Positions 7,340 through 18,730 are shown, numbered from the stretch's first letter. The stretch: DNA of 64,000 bases from an uncultured Nitrososphaera sp. (GCA_964556935.1 CAZKXR010000001.1:79988-143987), one strand, 5' to 3'. A program made the numbers and translations. The notes: generated by a model from the letters alone, not told the origin.

Positions 7340-9694
7340 ATGGAACCCAAGATACAGAGCAAGTCATGGAACCACGAGATTGAAAAAGAGATCCTGAGCA
7401 GGTGGGAGCAGGAGGACATTTACCGCTTTACAATAACAGACAAACCTGCCTTTGTCATCGACACGCCGCCTCCCTATCCTTCAGGCAGGCCCTGGCACAT
7501 CGGCGCTGCGGCGCACTATGCCCAGATAGACATGATTGCCCGGACTGCACGGATGACTGGAAGAAACGTGCTTTTCCCCATAGGGATAGACAGAAACGGC
7601 CTTCCAGTAGAGATCTACACCGAAAAAAAGTACAAGGTCCGGATGCGGCAGATGGACCGGCAAAAGTTCCTTGACCTCTGCAGAGGCGCTCTTGACGATC
7701 TGGAAGCCGAGATGCTCCAGATAATGAAGAACATGGGGCTGTCAGGCAATTTCAAGGAATACTACCGTACCGATTCTGATGAATACCGTGCGCTGACCCA
7801 GAGCACGTTCATAGAACTCTGGAACCGGGGGCTGGTCTACCTGGCAAACAGGCCTAACAATTACTGCCCGGACTGCGGGACGACCATCGCGGATGCCGAG
7901 ATCATATACAACGATCTGCCAACCAAGCTGGTGTACATGAAGTTCAAGGTAAGCGGAAGCGACGATCAGATCATCATCGCCTCTACCAGGCCAGAACTGC
8001 TGTGCTCCTGCCAGGCAGTCATCGTCAATCCCGAAGACGAGCGTTACCTTGACTATCAGAACCGAAAGGTCGTTCTGCCTTTATTTAACAGGGAGGTTCC
8101 TGTCAGGTTCCACCATTCCGCCAAGACGGAATTTGGGTCCGGCGCCGTGATGGTCTGCAGCTACGGCGATCAAAACGACGTGCAGGTCTTCAGGGAGCTG
8201 GGGCTGAAGGAAATAGTGGCCCTCAACGAGAACGGCTTTACCACGGAGGCTGCCGGCCCGTACGCCGGCCTGCGCGTGAATCAGGCAAGGACAAAGGTAA
8301 TCGAGGACCTGAAGGCTGCGGGCCTTGTCGAGAAAGAAGAGAACATAATGCACAGGACGCCGCTTTGCGAGCGGAGCAAGACTCCCATAGAGATAATTCC
8401 GTTGCACGACTATTACGTCAAGCAGCTGGATTTCATCCCGCAGCTGCAGGAGATGTCTAGGAACCTGAAATTCCATCCAGAGATGCACAGGCAGATCCTG
8501 CTCAACTGGCTTGATTCCATAGCCATAGACTGGCCGGTCTCCCGCCGCCGTTTCTACGGGACCGAGATCCCGATATGGTACTGCAATTCGTGCAAGTCGC
8601 CGCTGCTGCCAAAGCCGGGAAAATACTACAGACCGTGGAAGGAAAATCCGCCGTTTTCAAGCTGCCCCAAGTGCGGCGGCACGGAATTCACCGGCGAGGA
8701 CAGGACGTTTGACACCTGGATGGATTCAAGCATTAGCCCGCTTTTTGTAACTAAGTTCTGCAGCAATGAAGAATTGCACAACTACACGTATCCTGCAGCC
8801 GTCAGACCGCAGGCCAAGGACATCATCCGAACGTGGCTGCACTACACCATGCTCAGATGCGTGCAACTGACCGGCAAGCTGCCCTGGTCTGAAGCGTGGA
8901 TTATGGGGTACGGCGTTGATGAAAAAGGAGAAAAGATGAGCAAGAGCAAGGGAAATGTCATCGACCCCTTCCCGGTCATACAGCAGTATGGCGCCGACAC
9001 ATTCCGGTTCTGGTCTGCAAGCGAGGCCAACCTTGGCTACGATTTCAGATGCTCAGAGCAGAGGATAGCCGGTGCACAGAAATTCATGTCCAAGCTGTGG
9101 AATGTAGGCCGCTTCCTTTCGTCTTTCGACGTGGTCAGCGACAGGCCGGCAGAGCTTGAAGCCTCCGACAGGTGGATACTTGCCGAGCTGGCCAAGCTGG
9201 TCGAGGAGTGCCAGCGCGGCTACGATGAATACAATTTCTTTGTCCCTGCAAACGCTGTCCGTGACTTTACATGGAATCTTTTTGCCGCTCACTACGTGGA
9301 GATGGTCAAGGGCCGCGCCTACAGCCAGGAAAGTCCGGGCCATGATTCTGCACTTTATACGTTGCACAAATGCTTCAAGACAGTACTGTTGCTGCTGGCG
9401 CCCATAACACCTTTCATAGCCGAGGAGCTCTGGACCAAGATGTATTCAAATAAAACCATCCATCACCAGGAATTGCCGCATTTCAATCAGCAGCCGGAAG
9501 CAGACGGCGAGATGACCAAGTTCACGACGCCCATAACCGAATTCAACTCGCTTGTCTGGAACAAAAAGAAGGAGACCGTGTCAAAGGAGACCGGCAAGCC
9601 GCTTTCACTAAAGGACCCTATAGACATCCCGGTCCCAGACCAGCTGACGCCATTCAGAAAAGACCTTGAAGAGATGCACAATCTCCAGAAATGA
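7340..9694 (+). CDS. valS: Valine--tRNA ligase (class I aaRS)
   Basis: IDTPPPYPSG..HIG (HIGH-like), GIDRNGLP, CPDCG zinc knuckle, KMSKSKGN. The N-terminal pattern and the 784-aa length match archaeal ValRS better than LeuRS or IleRS. Confidence 0.8.
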   Translation: MEPKIQSKSWNHEIEKEILSRWEQEDIYRFTITDKPAFVIDTPPPYPSGRPWHIGAAAHYAQIDMIARTARMTGRNVLFPIGIDRNGLPVEIYTEKKYKVRMRQMDRQKFLDLCRGALDDLEAEMLQIMKNMGLSGNFKEYYRTDSDEYRALTQSTFIELWNRGLVYLANRPNNYCPDCGTTIADAEIIYNDLPTKLVYMKFKVSGSDDQIIIASTRPELLCSCQAVIVNPEDERYLDYQNRKVVLPLFNREVPVRFHHSAKTEFGSGAVMVCSYGDQNDVQVFRELGLKEIVALNENGFTTEAAGPYAGLRVNQARTKVIEDLKAAGLVEKEENIMHRTPLCERSKTPIEIIPLHDYYVKQLDFIPQLQEMSRNLKFHPEMHRQILLNWLDSIAIDWPVSRRRFYGTEIPIWYCNSCKSPLLPKPGKYYRPWKENPPFSSCPKCGGTEFTGEDRTFDTWMDSSISPLFVTKFCSNEELHNYTYPAAVRPQAKDIIRTWLHYTMLRCVQLTGKLPWSEAWIMGYGVDEKGEKMSKSKGNVIDPFPVIQQYGADTFRFWSASEANLGYDFRCSEQRIAGAQKFMSKLWNVGRFLSSFDVVSDRPAELEASDRWILAELAKLVEECQRGYDEYNFFVPANAVRDFTWNLFAAHYVEMVKGRAYSQESPGHDSALYTLHKCFKTVLLLLAPITPFIAEELWTKMYSNKTIHHQELPHFNQQPEADGEMTKFTTPITEFNSLVWNKKKETVSKETGKPLSLKDPIDIPVPDQLTPFRKDLEEMHNLQK

Positions 9695-10716
9695 AGGCCG
9701 TTGTATTTCACCAGCACGGACCTGTTGACGTCCTGCAGTACCAGGATGTCTCAGACCCGGTACCCGGCAAGGACGGCATTATAGTCGACGTCGACTACTG
9801 CGGCGTTAACCATCTTGACATCTGGACAAGGCAGGGCATAACAGGCAAGAAGATAAGGCTGCCGCACATCTGTGGCTGCGACATTGTCGGTACTGTTAGT
9901 AAGAGCGCGGCCGGCTTTGAAGCTGGCGAGCCGGTGATGGTATATCCTGGCATCAGCTGCCATCAATGCTCGCATTGCAAAAGCGGGCGTGAAAACCTGT
10001 GCAGCAAGTTTGCCATCCTGGGCGGCCTAAGCGACTACGACGGCGGCTACGCGCAGCACGTGGCAGTGCCGGCGGCAAACCTGATAAGGTTATCGGGTTT
10101 GGAAAGCAAGACGGCTGCAACACTGGCTGTTTCGTACCTGACATCGTGGAACATGCTCAGGACCAACGGAGCCGGCAAGGGCCGGTCCCTTCTTGTTTAC
10201 GGAGCTGCAAGCGGCGTGGGGATGGCAACGATTCAGCTGGCAAGGGCCCTTGGCATGTCTGTGATTACCACGGCAGCCGGCAGCCAAAAGACAGAATTCG
10301 GCAGAAAACTTGGGGCCTACCACGTCATTGACCGGCTGCAAACCAGGGACATCGCCGGCGAGGTCATGAAACTGACCGAAAACCGAGGCGTGGATATCGT
10401 CATAGACCATGTAGGTGCAGCTACATGGCAGACCAGCATCGCGTCCGTCAGGACCGGAGGAAGAATGGCGGTCTGCGGCATGACGTCAGGCAACGAAGCC
10501 ACCGTGCCAGTACGAATGTTTTACAGCAAGCAGATAACGATGACCGGTGCGCTTTTGGGCTCCAAATTGCAGCTGCTAGAACTCGTTGATTTTGTTAAAG
10601 CAAACAAAATTCAGCCGGTCATAGATTCCATCTACGCGCTTAAAGAAGCAAAAGAAGCGCAGACAAGGATGGAGCAGGACCTGCACGCCGGCAAGATACT
10701 GCTCAAATGCAGCTAG
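9691..10716 (+). CDS. Zinc-type medium-chain dehydrogenase/reductase (alcohol dehydrogenase / quinone or enoyl reductase family)
   Basis: GVNHLDIW..G, structural-zinc-like CHQCSHCKSGRENLC, Rossmann motif VYGAASGVG. The start overlaps the valS stop by 4 nt (ATGA). Confidence 0.85.
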   Translation: MKAVVFHQHGPVDVLQYQDVSDPVPGKDGIIVDVDYCGVNHLDIWTRQGITGKKIRLPHICGCDIVGTVSKSAAGFEAGEPVMVYPGISCHQCSHCKSGRENLCSKFAILGGLSDYDGGYAQHVAVPAANLIRLSGLESKTAATLAVSYLTSWNMLRTNGAGKGRSLLVYGAASGVGMATIQLARALGMSVITTAAGSQKTEFGRKLGAYHVIDRLQTRDIAGEVMKLTENRGVDIVIDHVGAATWQTSIASVRTGGRMAVCGMTSGNEATVPVRMFYSKQITMTGALLGSKLQLLELVDFVKANKIQPVIDSIYALKEAKEAQTRMEQDLHAGKILLKCS

Positions 10717-11084
10717 AACTTGCCGTTCAAAAGCTCCAGCGTGTCTTCGGCTATGTCCATCGCCGTATGCGAGTCAATGTTGGGCTCAAGGGCCAGAACT
10801 AGCGTATGCCCGTCAAGGTAAAATGTGAGGATCGAAAGCTTTTCACGTTCGACGTATGCAAAGCGTGCCCGGCCCATGGTGGTATCAAACCTCTGCCGCA
10901 TGGTCTTGCGCAGCGCAGTCTGGGCCAGGTAAAGCTCGTCGTTGGCCTGGTCGGTTATCGAATCGATGCCCTTGCGCATGCCTCCGGCAATCAGCGCACC
11001 AATATCATCTATTACGCCGGCGTATCTGATGTCATCATTTAGATCAAGGACGCGTTCACATAGTTTCGCAAAATCCATATCCAT
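10713..11084 (-). CDS. Small roadblock/LC7-like (DUF6659-like) protein; paralogue of 41906..42283
   Basis: The ORF track extends to 11213 and would overlap the upstream gene by 92 nt. The internal ATG at 11084 (MDMDFAKLCERVLDL...) leaves a 37-nt spacer. The family call is by eye only. Confidence 0.5.
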   Translation of the reverse strand: MDMDFAKLCERVLDLNDDIRYAGVIDDIGALIAGGMRKGIDSITDQANDELYLAQTALRKTMRQRFDTTMGRARFAYVEREKLSILTFYLDGHTLVLALEPNIDSHTAMDIAEDTLELLNGKF

Positions 11085-11121
11085 ACCTGACAAGTGCTGT
11101 CTTTTTACTATTTTGATGTGC

Positions 11122-11991
11122 TTACCTGACTGCCTTGATGAACAGCTCAAGGGCCCTTCCATCAAGCGGGTCCAAAAACGCAAGCAGCATCTGTTGCACG
11201 CCTGCCTTTTCATACTCTATTACTTTTTCTGCGATAGCATCCGGCCTACCAACCAAGCCGCGGTTTATGTCATAAGCAGGTCCGCGTTCTCTTGCAAACT
11301 GCTTCACCTTTTCCTGCAGTTCAGAATCCGAGTCTGCTATCACAACGTCCAGCTCAAGCGATCTGACTATGTCTCTGCCTGTCGTTTTGCTGAATACGGA
11401 ATTCAGATCATGGAACTGTTCCGGACTAAGGTAAGAGGACTCCCATACGTCGGCGTGTTTGGCCGCGATTTCCAGCATTCGGGGACCTTTGGCCGCAACG
11501 GTAACGGGTATGCGATATGATTTCTGCAGACCTGCACAGTCAACCTTGAAGTACTTCCCCCTGAAATAGACGGAGGATTTTGTCCATAAATCCCGAAGCA
11601 CCTGCAGACCTTCTTCTAGAATTGCTGTCCTCTGCAAATTGTCAGGGTAGTCTATGTCGTATGGCTGCCACCATGCAGATGCGTACCGTGGAATGGCGCC
11701 AGCGCCGGTGCGGAATTCCAGCCTGCCGGCCGATATCTGCTGCAGCGTCGTTGCCTGCTTTGCCAGCAGTGCAATGCTTCTGTATTGCGGCAGGACATAT
11801 GTTATCACCGGACCAAGGTGGATTGCATCGGTTTTTTCTGCAAGCCCTGAAAGGACCACCCAGCAATCAAGGTCTATGTCTGTGAGCGACTCGCCGTAGT
11901 AAAAGCCGTCGTATCCAAGCTTTTCAGCAAGAATGCAGGTGTCCCTTATCCTTGCATAGTCTGTACCCCATACCTCAAGGCAGTACTTCAC
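11122..11991 (-). CDS. Luciferase-like monooxygenase (LLM) family, probably F420-dependent oxidoreductase
   Basis: TIM-barrel LLM pattern (AEKLGYDGFYYGE, LGPVITYV, GRLEFRTGAGA); 289 aa. Confidence 0.8.
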   Translation of the reverse strand: MKYCLEVWGTDYARIRDTCILAEKLGYDGFYYGESLTDIDLDCWVVLSGLAEKTDAIHLGPVITYVLPQYRSIALLAKQATTLQQISAGRLEFRTGAGAIPRYASAWWQPYDIDYPDNLQRTAILEEGLQVLRDLWTKSSVYFRGKYFKVDCAGLQKSYRIPVTVAAKGPRMLEIAAKHADVWESSYLSPEQFHDLNSVFSKTTGRDIVRSLELDVVIADSDSELQEKVKQFARERGPAYDINRGLVGRPDAIAEKVIEYEKAGVQQMLLAFLDPLDGRALELFIKAVR

Positions 11992-12074
11992 GTGGCGTTT
12001 GTCGCAAAGGCAGGATTACTAGTTTGCGCAGATAAAGTTCTGCGAATAAATTACAGAGCAGCTGTACAAGACCG

Positions 12075-12923
12075 TTGGCTGCCATTGGCAGGGTAAGGGT
12101 TGGAGGAAAATCCTCCGCAAAGGTAATGGGCATAATCAACGCCAGCCCTGAATCGTTTTACAAGGGCTCGATAAGGACAACCCCCGGCGATATTGCCAAG
12201 ACTGCAATGGAGATGCAGCAGAGCGGCGCACAGATAATCGACATAGGCGCCATGTCCACCGCCCCGTACCTTGAAACCATGATACCTGTTGAAGAGGAGA
12301 TTCGCCGGCTGAGAGGGGCCATAAAAGCAGTAAAGGAAAGCTGCAGCCTGCCTGTCTCGGTGGACACGCCCAGATCTGAAGTGGCACAGGATGCCATCAA
12401 GGCAGGAGCCGATGCTATTAACGATGTAACGGGGTTAAAGTACGACGGCAAGATGGCCAGGCTGGCAGCAGAGGCCAGCATCCCGGTAATTGTCGGAGCA
12501 TACAGTCAATCGACTGTCACCGGTAGAATTGAAGGCACGTTTTCAGCGTTGGAAGAAAGCCTGTCAATAGCAGAACAGGCAGGCATCAAGCAAGACAACA
12601 TAATAGTTGATCCATCAATAGGGTTTTTCAGGCAGGAAGGCAAGAACCCGTTTTTCACGATGATGACGGACATGCCCTGGTACACCCGTGATATCGAGGT
12701 GTTGTCAAACTTGGGAAAACTCAAGACGCTGGGAAGGCCTATCTGCGTATCGGTTTCAAGAAAGTCGTTCATCGGTCACCTGCTGAACCTGCAGCCGGAG
12801 GACCGGCTTGTACCTTCGGTGGTATGCGAGGCAATGGCTGTCATCGACGGCGCCAGCATCATCAGGACGCACAATGTCAAGGAAACCGTGCAGGCTCTTG
12901 CCATGCTCGGGCTGATCTGCTGA
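12075..12923 (+). CDS. folP: Dihydropteroate synthase (pterin-binding domain)
   Basis: IMGIINASPESFY, IIDIGAMST and INDVTG motifs. TTG start at 12075; the alternative ATG 12126 would remove the N-terminus. Confidence 0.85.
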   Translation: MAAIGRVRVGGKSSAKVMGIINASPESFYKGSIRTTPGDIAKTAMEMQQSGAQIIDIGAMSTAPYLETMIPVEEEIRRLRGAIKAVKESCSLPVSVDTPRSEVAQDAIKAGADAINDVTGLKYDGKMARLAAEASIPVIVGAYSQSTVTGRIEGTFSALEESLSIAEQAGIKQDNIIVDPSIGFFRQEGKNPFFTMMTDMPWYTRDIEVLSNLGKLKTLGRPICVSVSRKSFIGHLLNLQPEDRLVPSVVCEAMAVIDGASIIRTHNVKETVQALAMLGLIC

Positions 12924-12973
12924 TCTTGCAAACGCTTATAATCCTACAAATGGACTAGACAGCAAGGTAATAT

Positions 12974-14407
12974 TTGGACTTTAGAGAAGGTCTGACATTT
13001 GACGATGTTCTTCTCGTTCCCAAACGGTCTCCTATAGTATCCAGATTGCAGACAGATGTCCGTACCCGACTGTCAAGAAAGATCAATCTCAATATCCCGC
13101 TGATCAGCGCGAACATGGACACTGTGACAGAATCGCAGATGGCCATAGCCATTGCAAGGGAAGGGGGGATCGGTATCGTACACAGGTTCATGACCATCGA
13201 AGACCAGGTGGACCAGGTTCTAAAGGTGAAGCGGTCCGAATCCGTGGTAATCGAACAACCCTACGCTGTCAGGCCTGACGTGACAGTCCATGAACTGAGA
13301 AAGAAGATGGCCGAATACGGCGTTTCCGGCATGCTGGTGGAAGACGACGGCAAGCTGGTCGGCATCATTACAAGACGTGATATCACTTTTGAAAAGAATC
13401 TAAAGCGCAAGGTCTCAGACCTGATGACAAGGGACGTTATCACAGCCAAGGCTGGCACAACCATTGAACAGGCCAAGGAGATCCTGCACAAAAACAGGAT
13501 AGAAAAGCTCCCGCTGGTAGACGACAAGAAACGCATTGCAGGACTTATCACCAGCAAAGACATTCTTATGATGGAGCAGTACCCGCAGGCATCAAAAGAC
13601 AAGAAAGGCCGGCTTTTGGTAGGTGCAGCGGTAGGCGTTAAAGGTGATTATCTTGAACGCACAGAGGCCCTGCTTGCTGCTGGCGCCGACGCGATAGTGG
13701 TAGACATTGCTCACGGCCACAGCGAAAATGCCATCAACACAGTCCGGATGATCAAAAAAGCGTTCCCGGACTGCGAGCTCATTGCAGGAAACGTGGCAAC
13801 CGGTGATGGTGCGCTGGATCTCATACGGGCCGGCGTTGACGCCGTCAAGGTAGGTGTAGGCTCCGGCTCGATCTGCATCACTAGGGTGATCACTGGCTCC
13901 GGCGTTCCGCAGCTGACCGCTGTTATTGACGCCGTCAAGGTATCCAAGGAGTACGACATCCCGGTAATTTCAGACGGCGGCATCAGGACTTCTGGCGATC
14001 TAACCAAGGCACTGGCGGCCGGCGCGTCTTCGGTCATGGTTGGAAGCCTTTTTGGCGGTACGGATGAAAGCCCAGGCAAGACTCTTGTCAAGAACGGCAA
14101 AAAGTACAAAATGTACCGTGGAATGGCTTCGTTCTATGCCTCGCTTGGAAGAAAATACCGGGAGGAGGGACCAGAGGTAATAGACTCTGACGACCTGAAC
14201 GACTACGTACCCGAAGGTGTGGAGGCCATGGTTCCGTACAAAGGAAGCGTGGTAGAGATAGCAAGGCAGCTTGTAGGCGGCCTTCGTTCCGGGCTAAGCT
14301 ACTGCGGCGCAAAGACTATTTCGGAGATGCAGCGCAACGCCGAATTTGTCCGAATAACGTCGGCAGGTTACATAGAAAGTCAGCCACACGACGTAGACGT
14401 TATGTGA
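12974..14407 (+). CDS. guaB: IMP dehydrogenase with CBS pair
   Basis: [10 protein letters not shown], catalytic loop [22 protein letters not shown] start, with no in-frame ATG upstream of the conserved N-terminus. Confidence 0.95.
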   Translation: MDFREGLTFDDVLLVPKRSPIVSRLQTDVRTRLSRKINLNIPLISANMDTVTESQMAIAIAREGGIGIVHRFMTIEDQVDQVLKVKRSESVVIEQPYAVRPDVTVHELRKKMAEYGVSGMLVEDDGKLVGIITRRDITFEKNLKRKVSDLMTRDVITAKAGTTIEQAKEILHKNRIEKLPLVDDKKRIAGLITSKDILMMEQYPQASKDKKGRLLVGAAVGVKGDYLERTEALLAAGADAIVVDIAHGHSENAINTVRMIKKAFPDCELIAGNVATGDGALDLIRAGVDAVKVGVGSGSICITRVITGSGVPQLTAVIDAVKVSKEYDIPVISDGGIRTSGDLTKALAAGASSVMVGSLFGGTDESPGKTLVKNGKKYKMYRGMASFYASLGRKYREEGPEVIDSDDLNDYVPEGVEAMVPYKGSVVEIARQLVGGLRSGLSYCGAKTISEMQRNAEFVRITSAGYIESQPHDVDVM

Positions 14408-14469
14408 AACTGATTTCAAAGCTCGGCTGCTTAATTACAACATGGTTTATCTAAGGCCTTGACGGCGTC

Positions 14470-14928
14470 ATGGTATTGGGATCGCCGAAGACCTTTTACG
14501 CGACTCTGGGTGCTGGGGCTGTGTTCATTGTTGTAGGAATAGCCGCTGCCATATACTCCAGCGTGCCTGTAGACGTATCGCTTGACGGCACACTAAGACC
14601 GGGATTGACCGATGTGCTTTCGCCGGACATGAATACTGGAAACACTGCGTCGGTTATGATTAACGGATCTGTTTTCGATGTAACAATCGAAGATCCAGAC
14701 AGGCAAGTCATCAAGTCAGAAAAGGGCCTGTCAACATTCAGCTACGAGCTTACAGCTCAAAAGTCCGGGGAACACAGGATAACAATCACCAATACCGGCA
14801 GCGAGGAACTTGAAATAAAAGGTCACGCCCAGACCAAGGGAAGCCCGCTTGGCTTCAGCGGTCCGATGTTGCTCTTGATCACCGGCGTCATAGTAATCGG
14901 TATGAGCCTGCGGTTCAAGAGCAGATAA
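14470..14928 (+). CDS. Membrane-anchored hypothetical protein (TM - beta-sandwich-like domain - TM)
   Basis: N-terminal GAVFIVVGIAAAIY and C-terminal MLLLITGVIVIGMSL hydrophobic helices. No family recognised. Confidence 0.5.
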   Translation: MVLGSPKTFYATLGAGAVFIVVGIAAAIYSSVPVDVSLDGTLRPGLTDVLSPDMNTGNTASVMINGSVFDVTIEDPDRQVIKSEKGLSTFSYELTAQKSGEHRITITNTGSEELEIKGHAQTKGSPLGFSGPMLLLITGVIVIGMSLRFKSR

Positions 14929-14931
14929 CGA

Positions 14932-15765
14932 TCAGTGAAATTCTGCTTTCCTGTAAGAACCCAGAACTCTCAGGTAAGATGTCTTGGTTTTGATGGCCTT
15001 GATAACCTGCTTGACTACCTCGTCGTTGGTATGGCCTTCAAAATCGACGTAAAAGTTGTACTCCCATGGTTTTTCCTTGGTCGGCCGAGATTCTATCTTT
15101 GTCAGGTTCAGGTTGCGAGTGGCAAATTCTCCCAGTATGCCAAACAGGGCGCCAGGCTTGTGTTTGATTGAAAATATGATGGATGTTTTGTATCCTGCGT
15201 TTTTGTCGATGGGCTTCTTTTCGACGGCCGGAGAAAGGACCAGGAACCTCGTATAGTTGTTCTTTCTATCTTCTATTCCCTCGTCTAGGATCTGCATGTC
15301 GTACAGTTCGCCGGCCCTCTTGCTTGCGATGGCCGCTGCATCTGTCAATTTCTTTTCCTTTATCATCTTTACAGCACCAGCAGTGTCGTACGCGGCCAAC
15401 GGTTCCAGCTTTTTCTTTTGCAGATAATTCCTGCACTGTCCAAGAGCCTGCGGGTGGGAATACACGGATCTTATGTTGCCTAACTTTACGTCCTTGTTTG
15501 CTATCAGGCAATGCCTCACACGCTGGTAGACTTCGCCGATAACCTTCATCTTTGTCTGCAGCAAAAGGTCGTATATCTCGCCCACACTGCCTTCGATGGA
15601 ATTCTCCACCGGAACAACTGCAAAGCTCACCTTTCCTTTTTCAGCGGCCTCAAAAACATCGTGGAAGGACTTGCGTGGAACCGTTGTGGCAGACGGGAAG
15701 TACTGCAGGACTGCCATCTCGCCGTAGGCTCCGCGCTCACCCTGGAAGGCAACCCTGGCTGCCAT
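14932..15765 (-). CDS. pheA: Prephenate dehydratase with C-terminal ACT domain
   Basis: VAFQGERGAYGE and VVPVENSIEGSV, with ACT-like ending TKIESRP. The ORF track reaches 15822, but ATG 15765 (MAARVAFQGE) avoids a 50-nt overlap with csl4. Confidence 0.9.
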   Translation of the reverse strand: MAARVAFQGERGAYGEMAVLQYFPSATTVPRKSFHDVFEAAEKGKVSFAVVPVENSIEGSVGEIYDLLLQTKMKVIGEVYQRVRHCLIANKDVKLGNIRSVYSHPQALGQCRNYLQKKKLEPLAAYDTAGAVKMIKEKKLTDAAAIASKRAGELYDMQILDEGIEDRKNNYTRFLVLSPAVEKKPIDKNAGYKTSIIFSIKHKPGALFGILGEFATRNLNLTKIESRPTKEKPWEYNFYVDFEGHTNDEVVKQVIKAIKTKTSYLRVLGSYRKAEFH

Positions 15766-15772
15766 CCTAGAC

Positions 15773-16360
15773 CTACTTTCCTGATCTGTGTATGAGCCGG
15801 ATCGTCTCTTTGCCGTAATCATTGGTCAGTTTGCGCGGTTCGTAAGCGCCGCACTCGATGCACTTGATGGAATCGTTTATCCTGACGGTATCGCCGCCAC
15901 ACTGGAAGCAAAGCGCATACAGTACGCCAAATTCCTTTTCAGCCACGGTCAGGTGCACGGTGGAATTCAAAAGGCTCACCACCCTTCCGCGAACAATGTC
16001 GCCAGCCCTGAAGACGGGTCTGTCTCTTCTGTCGCGGCCTCCACCTAGCCTTATTGAGGCGATGGCCGAATAGCCGGAATAGGACTTTTTGTTGTTAATG
16101 TACAGGATCTTGACTGAGATCATGCTGCTGAAAAGCATGTCTATGAAGCCCACTACTATGTCGCCGACCTTGGGCAGCATGGGTGAGTTCTTTTGTTCTA
16201 TCTTTACTGTACGTCGCTTGAAATCGTAAACCTTGGTTCCTACAGCCGCGGATCTTACCGTCCCGTCTGCAGCAACGTATGTATTCTTGCCGCCTTCAAA
16301 TTCTTCAATGGAGGCAAGCTGTTCTCCTGGTAATATCGGCTGATCATCTGTCTTGCTCAA
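15773..16360 (-). CDS. csl4: Exosome complex RNA-binding subunit Csl4
   Basis: N-terminal domain, S1-like core (GDIVVGFI, GDIVRGRV) and C-terminal zinc ribbon CFQCGG...CIECG. Confidence 0.8.
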   Translation of the reverse strand: MSKTDDQPILPGEQLASIEEFEGGKNTYVAADGTVRSAAVGTKVYDFKRRTVKIEQKNSPMLPKVGDIVVGFIDMLFSSMISVKILYINNKKSYSGYSAIASIRLGGGRDRRDRPVFRAGDIVRGRVVSLLNSTVHLTVAEKEFGVLYALCFQCGGDTVRINDSIKCIECGAYEPRKLTNDYGKETIRLIHRSGK

Positions 16361-16516
16361 TTCGGATTGAACATCGCGTCGGCAAGTTATAACTGTTTAT
16401 GGAATTGAAAAATGCAAAATTTGAAATTAATGGCTGCAAAATGTGCGTGTTTCTTAAGGCTCGGCAAGAGCGAAAGATAATAAAGGTATAAAGACCAGTT
16501 AGTTGAAGGTGTTAAT

Positions 16517-18685
16517 GTGAGCCAGAATACATTATCCCTAAAGGTGCTTGAAGCGTACACAAGGGACGTCGGTAGAGGAGTAGCAAGGATCGACTACGAC
16601 TCGATGGACTCTCTGGGCGCATCAACTGGTGATGTTATTGAAATAAGAGGCAAACGCAGAACCGTTGCCAAGTGTTTACCGCTTTACCCGTCTGACGAAG
16701 GCAAGGGAATCATCCGGGTTGACGGTCTTGTAAGAAACAATGCCGGCATAGCGATAGGCGATACCGTTACCGTCAAAAAGATAAAGGCAGTTCCAGCTGA
16801 AAAGATCATAGTTGCGCCGCTAGAAGCTATTCCTCCAATCGATGAGCGCTACCTTGCCGATGCGCTGGAAAGCGTGCCACTGATCAAAGGCGACAACGTC
16901 ATGGTTCCGTACTTTGGCGGCAGACTCACGTTCCAGGTCATTGGTGTCACGCCGGCGGCAGATGCTGTCCTAGTTACCCAGAAGACGATATTCCACATCG
17001 CCGAGAAGGGCGAGACCATGAGGGGTGTTCCACAGGTCACCTACGAGGATATCGGCGGCCTCAAGGAAGAGATCCAGAAGGTCCGCGAGATGATAGAGCT
17101 GCCGCTGAGGCACCCTGAAATATTTGAAAAGCTGGGCATCGAGGCTCCAAAAGGCGTACTGCTGTACGGTCCTCCTGGAACCGGCAAGACCCTGCTGGCA
17201 AAGGCTGTTGCAAACGAAAGCAACGCGCACTTTATCAGCATATCCGGCCCGGAGATCATGAGCAAGTTCTACGGTGAATCAGAGGCACGCTTGAGGGAGA
17301 TATTCAAGGAGGCAAAGGAAAAGGCTCCATCCATCATATTCATCGACGAAATAGACTCCATCGCACCAAAGAGAGAAGAGGTGACCGGCGAGGTCGAAAG
17401 AAGAGTCGTATCACAGCTGCTCTCGCTTATGGACGGCCTTGAAGCAAGAGGCAAGGTCATTGTCATTGCTGCGACCAACAGGCCAAACGCCATAGACCCG
17501 GCGCTAAGACGTCCAGGCAGGTTTGACAGGGAGATTGAAATCAAAGTCCCAGACAAGCGCGGCAGGCTGGAGATACTTCAGATTCACACCCGCAACATGC
17601 CCCTTGACACGGACGTGGACCAGGACAAAATAGCAGCCGTGACGCACGGCTTTGTAGGAGCAGACTTGGAATACCTCTGCAAGGAAGCTGCAATGAAATG
17701 CCTGCGCAGACTGCTGCCGGAGCTCAACTTGGAAGACGAAAAGCTTTCTCCGGATGTCCTGAACAGGCTGATCGTCACCATGGGAGACTTTGAAAACGCA
17801 GTCAAGGAAGTCATGCCTTCTGCCATGAGAGAAGTCTACCTAGAATCACCGGACATACCCTGGTCTGCCATCGGCGGACTGGAAGAAGTCAAGCGCGAAT
17901 TGCAGGAGGCTGTTGAATGGCCGTTGCGTTACCCAGAGCTATATGCAAAGCTTGGACACACAATGCCCAAGGGCATACTGATGCACGGCCCGTCAGGAAC
18001 CGGCAAGACCATGCTGGCAAAGGCTGTGGCCACAGAATCAGAAGCCAACTTTATCAGTGTCAGAGGCCCGGAGCTTCTCAGCAAATGGGTCGGCGAATCC
18101 GAGCGTGGCATCAGGGAGATATTCCGGCGCGCAAGACAGGCGGCACCATGCGTGGTGTTCTTTGATGAAATTGATTCCATCGCTCCAACCAGGGGCATGG
18201 GCGGCGACAGCATGGTTACCGAGCGCGTAGTATCGCAGTTGCTTACAGAGCTGGATGGAATTCAGGCCCTTTCCGGCGTCGTTGTCATCGCTGCAACAAA
18301 CAGAGCCGATATCATCGACCCCGCACTGCTACGTCCAGGCAGGTTTGACAAGATAGTGTTCGTACCAATGCCTGACAAGGCCACCAGACAAAAGATTCTG
18401 GAGATTCATGTCAAGAACAAACCAATCAGTCCGGACATCGATGTCCTCAAGATAGCAGAACTGACGGACGGCTTCAGCGGCGCAGACACCAGCTCGGTGG
18501 TGAACACTGCCGTGTCGCTGGTACTGCACGAGTACCTAGCGAAGTATCCGACTCCAGAAGAGGCTTCCAAGCATGCATCAGAAGCGCACGTAATGATGCG
18601 TCACTTCGAAGAGGCTGTCAAGAAGATAAAGACACAGCGTGAAGGCAAGCCCGGAGAAAAAGTCACAGTACAGTACTACAGGTAA
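16517..18685 (+). CDS. cdc48: CDC48/VCP-type AAA+ ATPase (two AAA domains)
   Basis: The N-domain is followed by two Walker A motifs ([16 protein letters not shown]), DEID/DEID Walker B motifs and second-region-of-homology arginines. GTG start (ATG 16515 is out of frame). Confidence 0.95.
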   Translation: MSQNTLSLKVLEAYTRDVGRGVARIDYDSMDSLGASTGDVIEIRGKRRTVAKCLPLYPSDEGKGIIRVDGLVRNNAGIAIGDTVTVKKIKAVPAEKIIVAPLEAIPPIDERYLADALESVPLIKGDNVMVPYFGGRLTFQVIGVTPAADAVLVTQKTIFHIAEKGETMRGVPQVTYEDIGGLKEEIQKVREMIELPLRHPEIFEKLGIEAPKGVLLYGPPGTGKTLLAKAVANESNAHFISISGPEIMSKFYGESEARLREIFKEAKEKAPSIIFIDEIDSIAPKREEVTGEVERRVVSQLLSLMDGLEARGKVIVIAATNRPNAIDPALRRPGRFDREIEIKVPDKRGRLEILQIHTRNMPLDTDVDQDKIAAVTHGFVGADLEYLCKEAAMKCLRRLLPELNLEDEKLSPDVLNRLIVTMGDFENAVKEVMPSAMREVYLESPDIPWSAIGGLEEVKRELQEAVEWPLRYPELYAKLGHTMPKGILMHGPSGTGKTMLAKAVATESEANFISVRGPELLSKWVGESERGIREIFRRARQAAPCVVFFDEIDSIAPTRGMGGDSMVTERVVSQLLTELDGIQALSGVVVIAATNRADIIDPALLRPGRFDKIVFVPMPDKATRQKILEIHVKNKPISPDIDVLKIAELTDGFSGADTSSVVNTAVSLVLHEYLAKYPTPEEASKHASEAHVMMRHFEEAVKKIKTQREGKPGEKVTVQYYR

Positions 18686-18701
18686 GTACTGCTGGCCCAC
18701 A

Positions 18702-18730
18702 CTTTTTCATTTTTGTCGAAAAAAATTTTC
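18702..18730 (+). terminator. Oligo-T tracts downstream of cdc48
   Basis: CTTTTTCATTTTTG...AAAAAAATTTTC lies 17-45 nt after the stop. Archaeal termination typically occurs at T-runs. Confidence 0.35.
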
